In this document: piece after piece, positions 18,289 to 26,004 of the stretch
Numbering within the stretch: position 1 is the first letter of the stretch
How the letters are laid out: every line of letters starts with the position of its first letter
Assembly (NCBI GenBank): GCA_021295715.1
Contig: JAGWBV010000002.1
Coordinates: 7,261 to 71,260 of the forward strand
DNA length: 64,000 bases
Direction of reading: 5' to 3'
Source: Candidatus Poribacteria bacterium
GTDB lineage: Bacteria; Poribacteria; WGA-4E; WGA-3G
Notes under the pieces: model-generated
Told to the model about the DNA's origin: nothing
Databases searched by the model: none
The model's input: only the letters and a program-made list of their open reading frames with translations
Made by a program: the position numbers and the translations under genes

Positions 18289-18876
18289 TTGTCAAAAAAT
18301 GTGATCATTATAGCAGGTCCAAACGGTTCCGGCAAAACGACATTCGCTCGTGAATATCTTCTCGATTCGGAGATTTCCGAATACATCAGTGCCGATGCAA
18401 TCGCGGAAAGATTGGTATCCGATCCTGCGGATTTGGACAGCGTTAAACTTCAAGCAGGACGACTCTTTTTTGAAGAAATCCAACGCCTTATTGAAGCGGA
18501 GAAAGATTTTGCCGTGGAAGTGACGCTTGCGGGGAAAGGGTTTGCAAGAATTATCTCTCAACTGAAACGTGCTGGATACACAGTCTCGATCGTCTTTATT
18601 TTTCTCAAATCCGCTGAGACGTGTGTTGCCCGGGTCCGAAATAGAGTGAGTGCGGGTGGGCACCATGTGCCAACGGAAGATGTTGTACGCCGGTTTTATC
18701 GGAGCAAGCACAATTTTTGGTACACCTATAGAAATCTGGTGGATCGATGGAACCTTTTCTACAACTCTGTGGAACACTTTCAAGAGGTCGCTTCTGGTGA
18801 AGGAAACAGTGTTATAGTAACAAACGAGACTTTCTTTGAATTGTTTATGCGAGACATTCGCAATGGAGGCACATAA
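18289..18876 (+). CDS. zeta-toxin-like / COG4185-type P-loop kinase
   Basis: Walker A IIAGPNGSGKTT at residue 8, about 195 aa. TTG start with AAAGAGG 8 nt upstream. Confidence 0.65.
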   Translation: MSKNVIIIAGPNGSGKTTFAREYLLDSEISEYISADAIAERLVSDPADLDSVKLQAGRLFFEEIQRLIEAEKDFAVEVTLAGKGFARIISQLKRAGYTVSIVFIFLKSAETCVARVRNRVSAGGHHVPTEDVVRRFYRSKHNFWYTYRNLVDRWNLFYNSVEHFQEVASGEGNSVIVTNETFFELFMRDIRNGGT

Positions 18877-19091
18877 TGTGTCAAGATGAACTAAGCCTTG
18901 AAACCCATAAATGGTCACGTGAGATGCTGCGGATCGGCAATCGCGCCGTCAAAAGAGCACAGGAAGAGAACCGCAAGAAAGGGATTCCAAATGTATATGA
19001 TTTCAACGGGCATCTCTACTATGAACTCCCGAATGGGGAACTCACGAAGGAAGATCCGTATCCTATATCGGAAGAAAGAGTCTCCTTGTGA
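18876..19091 (+). CDS. small basic/acidic protein, candidate partner (antitoxin?) of the zeta-like protein
   Basis: The ATG overlaps the upstream stop (TAATG), with GGAGG 9 nt upstream. 71 aa. A relic second copy of its 3' end lies at 21962-22045. Confidence 0.55.
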   Translation: MCQDELSLETHKWSREMLRIGNRAVKRAQEENRKKGIPNVYDFNGHLYYELPNGELTKEDPYPISEERVSL

Positions 19092-19134
19092 AGTGATGAT
19101 GGATTTTCGCGAAGGATACCTTATCTGTTTGGGT

Positions 19135-19169
19135 CTGTCAAGAAAAATCAATCTGATTTTTCTTGACAG
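19135..19169 (+). terminator. perfect 16-bp inverted repeat, 3-nt loop, followed by GTTTT
   Basis: CTGTCAAGAAAAATCA-ATC-TGATTTTTCTTGACAG. Either a terminator of the zeta-like operon or a protein-binding palindrome. Confidence 0.5.
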
Positions 19170-19284
19170 GTTTTCCGACTTATGTGAGACTTTTATCAAA
19201 CAATTGAGGATGATGCCCTAACGGTTAGAGGGCCCATGGTCGTATCATCATTTTAGGAAAAACCCTCCTATATTAGATAAAGCC

Positions 19285-21903
19285 ATGAAGACACTCCATT
19301 TAATTGTTCGTATACTTACACTCTCAACACTATCTTTCTCATTCCTGTTATCTGGGCAGGCACAAAGGATTAACATACCGGATCCTGTGTTGCCCCCAGC
19401 GAATGTTCGCAGATCTTTTGACCTTGACCCGTTTTACCAGCAGTGGATTGATGTAGGGGGTTTTCCGGTCATCGCATCGGAGAAGGTGAATCCTTATGCT
19501 GTAAAGGAAGCAGCGTATCTCATCCATCAAATGCTTGAGCACCGTCCCGACATCCTTCAAGCTTTCGTACAATACCGGTCGCGCTTTACCATAATCGGAT
19601 ATACCGAAACAATAACGCAGATTCCCGAATACAGTGACCTCCAGCCCGATTTTTTTGTCGATATACGGAACCGGGGTTTAGGAACTGCGTCTCCGTATGA
19701 ACCCGCTAGTGGCAGCGAGGAAAACCTGCTCCACTATCCCGGGGATCCCTATGAAGGGGGCAGTGTCCTGATTCACGAGTTCGCGCATCTCGTGCATCTC
19801 GTTGGATTAAAACAGCTTGACCCAGGATTTGATGACCGACTCAAGAGCACATACGTGGCAGCAATGGCGAAAGGATTGTGGAAAAATAGCTATGCTGTTG
19901 TAAACGAGGCGGAATACTGGGCCGAAGGTGTAGGGGCTTGGTTTCACGGCCTACATCCAGACGACGCAAAACTATATGGGGGCACACGGAAGGACTTGGA
20001 AACATACGATTCGGGGCTCGCGGCATTGCTCAAAGAAGTCTTTGGCGATGGTAATTGGCGGTATACCCCGGTCACAACTCGTCTCTATCAGCCCCACCTT
20101 CAGGGATTTAATCCACAGAATTTACCAACGTTTCAATGGCCCCCAGAAACACTGGCTTTGAATAAAGCATTTACGAGTGACCCGGAGAGCACTGGTGATG
20201 GGCGGTGGGTCAACTTACCCCCGTATCCGCCAAGTGAAATCCCACGTCTGCAGGCACTGAGAAATGAAGGCGACCCCACGACAATTTTTATCGCGAACTT
20301 TGGAATTGGTGATGTGTACGTGTATCGGGTAGAACCTGACAGGACAGAGAGTTTGTATAACCGCTTATACCATGGTCATAGGGTAGGCTCCTATAATACT
20401 CATGTCGGATCACTTTGGCTGCTCAAAGATGAAAACGGCAAGAACCTGGCAGTGTATCGCGCCGAGTCAGAAACCGGACGCATTTTGATTCTTCCTAATG
20501 TAGGTACGAAAATAGAGGGCCCTTGGCTCTGGATGATCGCGCCGACACAATATGAACTACTCGGTTCGGAAGCTGCCGCATCAGGAATGGATTACTTAGC
20601 CATCGCGAGTGATGGAGCCGTGAAGGAGCAGGACATTGCTACCAATGGCGCGATTGCTGGTACCAAGGTTGGAAACAAAGCGTGGACTTCTGGTAAACTT
20701 GCACCAATAGGAGGCGATAACATCACAGAGATGGTGACCACTATCGGCTTGACAAAACTCGGTTACATTGAATACCATGTCGCTTATGGTTCCATCGCCT
20801 TGGAGGTGCCTCGGGAACAAAAAACCGTGATGCATGTCGGCAGTGATGATGCCGTCAAGGTTTGGCTCAACGGCACTCTGGTCCACGAAAAACTTGCTGA
20901 TCGAGGGGCAAACGATTATCAAGACGGTTTTCCCGTCACGCTGAAACAGGGTAAAAACCTCTTATTGGTTGCGGTTTACCAAGGGTGGGGAGGCTGGAGC
21001 GGCTTTTTCGGGTTTGAAACAGATGCTGAATACAGTATTCTTCCGCCGCCAATGCGTGAGGATATCAATAACGACATTCTCCCAGAAGAAGAGATTAATA
21101 ACAGTCCGCAGGTGAAAATGCCGGACGCGAATTTAGCCGCAGCTGTGCGACAGGAACTCCGTCTTGCCGCAAGTACCCCTATCACAGAACAGGTGATGCA
21201 AAGGTTAACGACTCTGGGTGCCTCCGACCGTGAAATAACGAACCTCACTGGATTGGAACACGCTACGGGATTGGTCCGTCTATCCGCTTGGGAGAACCAA
21301 ATTCAAGATGTGAGTCCGCTTTCAAAGCTGACACAATTACAGGAACTACATCTTCAGGCTAATCAGATTACAGACATAACGGCGTTTGCAGGTCTAACAG
21401 AGTTAAGGCATCTACATCTTTGGGGAAATCGGATTCGTGACATCAGTGCGCTTGCAGGATTAACGAAATTAGAATCATTATGGCTTGCTGGCAATCCGAT
21501 TCAAGATAAGACACCGCTTCACAGACTCCTTGAACAGAACCCAGATATGGAATTGGATATTGAGGTCGTTGGTGTAGGGGCATCCCCGGCAGCGGTGCCG
21601 GAGAGACCTGCCCAAACCGCACTTCTTGCTAACTATCCAAATCCGTTCAACCCAGAGACGTGGATACCGTATCAATTGGCGAAGGCTGCAGAAGTTACGG
21701 TTTCTATCTATTCTACAGATGGGAAGTTGGTTCGGACGTTGGCGTTAGGGCATTTACCGGCGGGTGTGTATCGGAGTCGAAGCCGTGCAGCCTATTGGGA
21801 TGGAAAAACAAAGGCAGGTGAGACTGTCGCAAGTGGGGTCTATTTCTACACACTCGAAGCCGGCGAGTTCACTGCAACGCGCAAGATGTTGATCCTGAAA
21901 TAG
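19285..21903 (+). CDS. secreted mosaic protein: HExxH metallopeptidase-like domain, beta-sandwich, leucine-rich repeats, T9SS-type C-terminal sorting domain
   Basis: Signal peptide; LIHEFAHLVH; about 22-aa LRR units (LTxLxxLxLxxNxIxDIS) at least 5 times; C-terminal NYPNPFNPETWI...SGVYFYTLEAG typical of Por/T9SS CTD (FlgD-Ig-like). Confidence 0.75.
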   Translation: MKTLHLIVRILTLSTLSFSFLLSGQAQRINIPDPVLPPANVRRSFDLDPFYQQWIDVGGFPVIASEKVNPYAVKEAAYLIHQMLEHRPDILQAFVQYRSRFTIIGYTETITQIPEYSDLQPDFFVDIRNRGLGTASPYEPASGSEENLLHYPGDPYEGGSVLIHEFAHLVHLVGLKQLDPGFDDRLKSTYVAAMAKGLWKNSYAVVNEAEYWAEGVGAWFHGLHPDDAKLYGGTRKDLETYDSGLAALLKEVFGDGNWRYTPVTTRLYQPHLQGFNPQNLPTFQWPPETLALNKAFTSDPESTGDGRWVNLPPYPPSEIPRLQALRNEGDPTTIFIANFGIGDVYVYRVEPDRTESLYNRLYHGHRVGSYNTHVGSLWLLKDENGKNLAVYRAESETGRILILPNVGTKIEGPWLWMIAPTQYELLGSEAAASGMDYLAIASDGAVKEQDIATNGAIAGTKVGNKAWTSGKLAPIGGDNITEMVTTIGLTKLGYIEYHVAYGSIALEVPREQKTVMHVGSDDAVKVWLNGTLVHEKLADRGANDYQDGFPVTLKQGKNLLLVAVYQGWGGWSGFFGFETDAEYSILPPPMREDINNDILPEEEINNSPQVKMPDANLAAAVRQELRLAASTPITEQVMQRLTTLGASDREITNLTGLEHATGLVRLSAWENQIQDVSPLSKLTQLQELHLQANQITDITAFAGLTELRHLHLWGNRIRDISALAGLTKLESLWLAGNPIQDKTPLHRLLEQNPDMELDIEVVGVGASPAAVPERPAQTALLANYPNPFNPETWIPYQLAKAAEVTVSIYSTDGKLVRTLALGHLPAGVYRSRSRAAYWDGKTKAGETVASGVYFYTLEAGEFTATRKMLILK

Positions 21904-22038
21904 TATCAAATGACCCCTAAACTCCGGTAGCGGGAAACTCGGTGCGGTTAGAAACCGCATCTACCGGACCCCGAATGGAGAACTGACGAGAGAAGATCCG
22001 TATCCCTTATCGGAAGAAACGGATTCAAGCGAGGAAAA

Positions 22039-22784
22039 ATGTTAACTATCTGTTATGACCCGTATTCTGGCACATTAGGTAGATTCACGCGTGCCGAGAT
22101 TTTTGACCTCGTCGCTGATGCAGGCTACGAAGGTATCAATATCCCAGTGAATTCCGGTTTTCTCGGTGAACTCTCGACTGCAGAGATAGATGATGCTGTG
22201 AGTCTTGCTGAGAAACACAATCTTGTTGCCCCAACGATTGGGTTCGGCAATCACATCTTGACAACCCCCGCCCGACAAATGGAAGCGTTACAGCACTATT
22301 TGACGCTGAGGTTATTGGGGTGTGGGTGAACCCCTCCGAAAACGTATCGCGACAGGAATCTCTGGACGCACTTTCCGGGAGTCTGGCTCAGATGATACCT
22401 GCTTGCAATGAAAACGGGATGAAGATTGCGCTTGAGTTTGAGAAAGGGTGTCCGCTTGATAACTATCGGGAAGGCGTGGCATTCATTGAGGAAACCGGTC
22501 TGCAGGTCTATCTGACGTGTGATACGTATCATCTTTTTAACGATGGGGCTGAACCGCACACGGCGGCACACGCCATGAAGGCATGCCTCGGTGATGTGCA
22601 TGTATCGGGGAGTAACCGCGGTGAACCGGGGGGTGGTGTTTTCGATTTTGAGACGTTTGCGCAGGGTTTGAAGGAGGTCGGTTTCTCGGGTCCGCTCGTT
22701 GTCCAATACAAGATGGAAGATGTAGCGAGTATTGCGCGCAGTTGCGAGTTTACCAAAGAGTTTCGATCGATGATACAAGCATAG
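22039..22784 (+). pseudogene. sugar phosphate isomerase/epimerase TIM barrel interrupted by a 1-nt frameshift near 22297-22301
   Basis: ORF 22039..22329 and ORF 22320..22784 together give one protein of normal length. The frames join at CAC TAT T|TT GAC (...QHY/FDAEVIGVWVNP). Confidence 0.6.
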
Positions 22785-22798
22785 AGAGGAGATTTCGG

Positions 22799-23908
22799 AT
22801 GAGACGGATTGTCTTTTTAATTTTCGCCATTACCTTTATAATAGGTGGGCAGATTTATGGGCACGTGACAGAACACCCTCCAACAGAAACAGGGGATTTT
22901 CAGTTTGTTGCGCATCATGAAGCCTCTGACATGAAACTTACGAGTGGACAGGGTGCGCTTAAGTTCAAAGTGCTCTATACACGCGACCATTTTCCGCCAG
23001 AAGTCGTCACCGCAATTGACAAGGCGCACGGGGGATTTGACGTAGACCGGCGGGAAGGGAAAGGTGAAACCTATTTTGCACTTCCAGGTGTCGGTATCAT
23101 CCAAATCAGTACAGACCTGAAGACCACGCGACTGATTGAGACGCCTCCTGCACTGAAAAAAGCCAATGCACATTATACGACTGTCTGGTCCACCTCTGCC
23201 GGCACACCCTATCTCTCTTTTCCCGCGAATGATGTCGGCAAGATTTTCACGACGACGATGGATGGAACCCTCGTTCATACATTGGAAGCACCAGACGCAA
23301 TGACGGATTTCCAACATCAGGCGGTCAACACCTATTTCAGTGAAGGCGGTAAGTTTGTGCCTACCGGTATAACGCATATTGATGGCATGCTTTACGTTAC
23401 GACCGGTTACTCTGATTTGGATTACATTTTGGGGGCGAAACTCACGAGTCTTGAACCGCTTGAGGCAAGTTGGTATCCGTTGGCATTCGGCGGTAAAGGT
23501 GATGAACCGGGGCAATTCGGCACAGGACATCACATTACAGTCCCGGACGGCACAAATCGGTTGGATGCCTCAGATCGGGCAAATGCAGAAATTGAACGCT
23601 ATTCCCCAGATGGCACCTACTTAGAAACACTCTCCCTTATCAAAGGATCGTTCCCATGTAGTATTGACTACGAAGCAGGATACGCTGTCGTCGCATGTCT
23701 CTTCGGACCGAATAAGGAGAAAGGCGCGCCACTCTATATCTTGGAGGGTAACAACCTTGTCTCAACGGTTATGTTAAAAGAAGAATTGGGTGTAGAGACC
23801 TTCCAGCATCTGCACGGCGCAGTGATCCGTAAGATTGATGGCAAACTTTACATCATTGCGCAGTCGTGGAACCCTGGGGATATCGTCATTTTGGAACAGG
23901 TGATGTAG
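22799..23908 (+). CDS. secreted beta-propeller-like protein with NHL-type repeat signature
   Basis: The ATG at 22799 is preceded by AGAGAGGAG. Signal/anchor MRRIVFLIFAITFIIGG. The GQFGTGHHITVPDG...DRANAEIERYSPDGTYL segment is NHL-like. Confidence 0.5.
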   Translation: MRRIVFLIFAITFIIGGQIYGHVTEHPPTETGDFQFVAHHEASDMKLTSGQGALKFKVLYTRDHFPPEVVTAIDKAHGGFDVDRREGKGETYFALPGVGIIQISTDLKTTRLIETPPALKKANAHYTTVWSTSAGTPYLSFPANDVGKIFTTTMDGTLVHTLEAPDAMTDFQHQAVNTYFSEGGKFVPTGITHIDGMLYVTTGYSDLDYILGAKLTSLEPLEASWYPLAFGGKGDEPGQFGTGHHITVPDGTNRLDASDRANAEIERYSPDGTYLETLSLIKGSFPCSIDYEAGYAVVACLFGPNKEKGAPLYILEGNNLVSTVMLKEELGVETFQHLHGAVIRKIDGKLYIIAQSWNPGDIVILEQVM

Positions 23909-23944
23909 GCTCTCGCACTGTAGAGGGAGGCGAAGGCGTTACGC

Positions 23945-25645
23945 TTATTTTAGTTGTGTAAGGCTGTTCTCGTTCGGCACATACAGATAAGCGTTCCTGC
24001 CAGTGAAATATTGGGCGTAGACATTCTTCCAATCGCTATTTGTGAGTTTCCACCGGGGGGCGGGACCGAGTTTAAAATAGACAATATCCGCTTCTTGGAG
24101 ATTCTGAAAAGGATAATCCCCAATCGGGGCACCTCGATGCCGAGCCACGAAAATAACGGCATTGTGGATACCACGTTCTGCTACCATCGGCGGAAGTTTC
24201 TGATAGACAGGACTCCAATTCTGGTACACCTTCCCAATGCGGACATAACTCCACACGATGTTGACGCTCAGCAACAAAAAACATATCCCGACACCAATCG
24301 CAAGTCCGCGTCTCTGGAACGGTTTGAACCGTTCATAGAGGATGAATATTCCGCGCGCTGCCAACGGGATGAACCCAAGGAACGTCGACTCGGTGTAATA
24401 GCGAGCATTCACAGGTGTGAATCCCCACGTCGACCCCTCAAAGTAAAAGAAGGCGTAAAGCAATAAATTGCCTACAAGTAAAGCGAGACAGAACACATCG
24501 TATCCGTTGCGCGAACGATGGAAGAATGGCAAAAGGACGAGACACCAGGGCAGGATTAACGGCACAAAGGCGATGAACCATGTCACCGATAATTCTATGT
24601 CCTTCAATAAATTGTGGTGATAACTCCCCCAACCGAGCGCGTTGAAACTGATACATGGGAGGATGTGTCGCCAGGTCCTTTCAATCGCCCATGCCGGTGT
24701 AAAAATAAATGCCCGTTCAAGATCGGGTTCATAGCCCTCCGTGCGAAGACCGAAACCGATTTTGTCGTAGGGCTGCGCGACCGTATGCGTGAACATGTAT
24801 GGATCTTCCGTGAAATGCGCGTTCCATGCCATGCACACGCCAAGCATCGCAATAAACGGGATAAAGAAGAATCCTAACCGTTTCATTGTGGGGAGCAACG
24901 CTTGCGTCGCTTCGTGTTGATGTTGCCATTGGGTGAGCAGATAGTCAAGTGTTAACAAACCTTCGAGGGACTTGCGATAATCAGATACTTTAAACCATTC
25001 GGTGAACAGATGGTAAAGTGTTAACCCCGCGCCGACAACGCCAAAGACTATTGCCGAGAGTGGACGTGTATTGAACGCGTATCCCAATGCAAACCCTGAA
25101 AGAAGCGGATAACCGATCCGCGCGAGAAGAGAGGCTTCGCTTTTACAATTCAGGGTTTTGAGAAGTGTAAGGAGATAAAGCGAGAGGTAGAAACGACTCA
25201 CAGGCTCGCTGAACCATGTTGAACCCATCCCGAGTGTTGCGGGCGAAATGAGCGCGAGCACTGCAGCGACCAGCGCAATTCCGGGATGGATCTCTCCATA
25301 TATCTCTTTCACAAAAAGGTAGAGAAGTAGCAGCGCACCTCCCGTTGCAAGTGCTGGAATCAGCCATGGGGCGTTAATAAATACGCCGAACATCAGCATC
25401 AAGGCATTTCCGAATGGATACTTTGAATACCATTTACCGTTTTGAACGTTGATATGCGGTGAAGAGGAGAACCCGTGTTCCGGTGGGGCGGGCACTGAGA
25501 GTTTACCTTCCGAAAACAACTTTGCTTGGAATAGATACGAAACGGTATCTGGCTCAAAGTAGGAGAACTGGAAGTAGATACCGCATAGGATTACGGATAG
25601 CAGTAAACCGAGTATCGAGATGATGTAAATAGGTTTAATTTGCAT
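23945..25645 (-). CDS. polytopic membrane glycosyltransferase, GT39/ArnT-PMT-like
   Basis: At least 10 predicted TM segments. The N-terminal FEPDTVSYLFQAKLF region resembles the first periplasmic loop of ArnT/PMT-type transferases. Confidence 0.55.
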   Translation of the reverse strand: MQIKPIYIISILGLLLSVILCGIYFQFSYFEPDTVSYLFQAKLFSEGKLSVPAPPEHGFSSSPHINVQNGKWYSKYPFGNALMLMFGVFINAPWLIPALATGGALLLLYLFVKEIYGEIHPGIALVAAVLALISPATLGMGSTWFSEPVSRFYLSLYLLTLLKTLNCKSEASLLARIGYPLLSGFALGYAFNTRPLSAIVFGVVGAGLTLYHLFTEWFKVSDYRKSLEGLLTLDYLLTQWQHQHEATQALLPTMKRLGFFFIPFIAMLGVCMAWNAHFTEDPYMFTHTVAQPYDKIGFGLRTEGYEPDLERAFIFTPAWAIERTWRHILPCISFNALGWGSYHHNLLKDIELSVTWFIAFVPLILPWCLVLLPFFHRSRNGYDVFCLALLVGNLLLYAFFYFEGSTWGFTPVNARYYTESTFLGFIPLAARGIFILYERFKPFQRRGLAIGVGICFLLLSVNIVWSYVRIGKVYQNWSPVYQKLPPMVAERGIHNAVIFVARHRGAPIGDYPFQNLQEADIVYFKLGPAPRWKLTNSDWKNVYAQYFTGRNAYLYVPNENSLTQLK

Positions 25646-25673
25646 TGCGTTATTCGGTGGTCTCTAAAAAAAT

Positions 25674-25702
25674 TTGACATTCGTTCCTCAATACGGTATA
25701 AT
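25674..25702 (+). promoter_or_regulatory. consensus sigma70 promoter TTGACA-17-TATAAT for the his leader
   Basis: Perfect hexamers with a 17-nt spacer. Confidence 0.7.
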
Positions 25703-25760
25703 ATCATTAAATTCAATTAAAATCACTGATTTTTTAATAGCAAGTTTCAAGTTACAAGCA

Positions 25761-25823
25761 ATGAAAAAAATGTGTAACGTTATTACATTTAATATTCATC
25801 ACCATCATTCGGTCCACTTCTGA
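25761..25823 (+). CDS. his operon leader peptide MKKMCNVITFNIHHHHSVHF
   Basis: 20 codons, with 5 His in the last 8 (4 consecutive). It lies between a consensus promoter and a terminator hairpin. No clear SD. Confidence 0.6.
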   Translation: MKKMCNVITFNIHHHHSVHF

Positions 25824-25885
25824 GTAGAGCGGATGAGGGAATATGAATAAATATCTTTGATACGAAGCAAGTCTAACTTGTCTGG

Positions 25886-25969
25886 ACCCTGGTAAACAAG
25901 CCGCTCTCCTCCGTGCCGCGTTGTCGGTGCGCGTGAGAAAAAGAGCAAACCGTTTACTGGGTTTTTTTT
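25886..25969 (+). terminator. attenuator terminator: long hairpin followed by T9
   Basis: Lower stem CCC.GGTAAAC (25886-25896) pairs with GTTTAC.GGG (25951-25960). Inner stem GCTCT/AGAGC. T-run at 25961-25969, 35 nt before the hisZ ATG. Confidence 0.7.
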
Positions 25970-26004
25970 TGACTTTTGATCGAACCGCAAGGAAAAATTG
26001 AAAT

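Noticed and set aside
22290-22330. Programmed ribosomal frameshift in the TIM-barrel gene
   Set aside because: There is no X_XXY_YYZ slippery heptamer, no in-frame stop as in prfB-type +1 sites, and no obvious downstream pseudoknot. An indel or a pseudogene is more parsimonious.
22817-23533. 238-aa ORF on the minus strand
   Set aside because: It is entirely antisense to the better-supported 22799..23908 gene, which has an SD and a signal peptide. It is Arg/Cys-rich with low-complexity composition typical of shadow ORFs. The same reasoning applies to 18292..18918, 16912..17283, 22296..22778, 42799..43269, 43299..43787, 54196..54660 and 56016..56623.
25703-26004. T-box riboswitch as an alternative explanation for the hisZ leader
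   Set aside because: I could not find the conserved T-box sequence, an AGAGA/GNUGGNA-type stem I, or a specifier-loop layout. The His-run mini-ORF plus terminator explains the region more simply.
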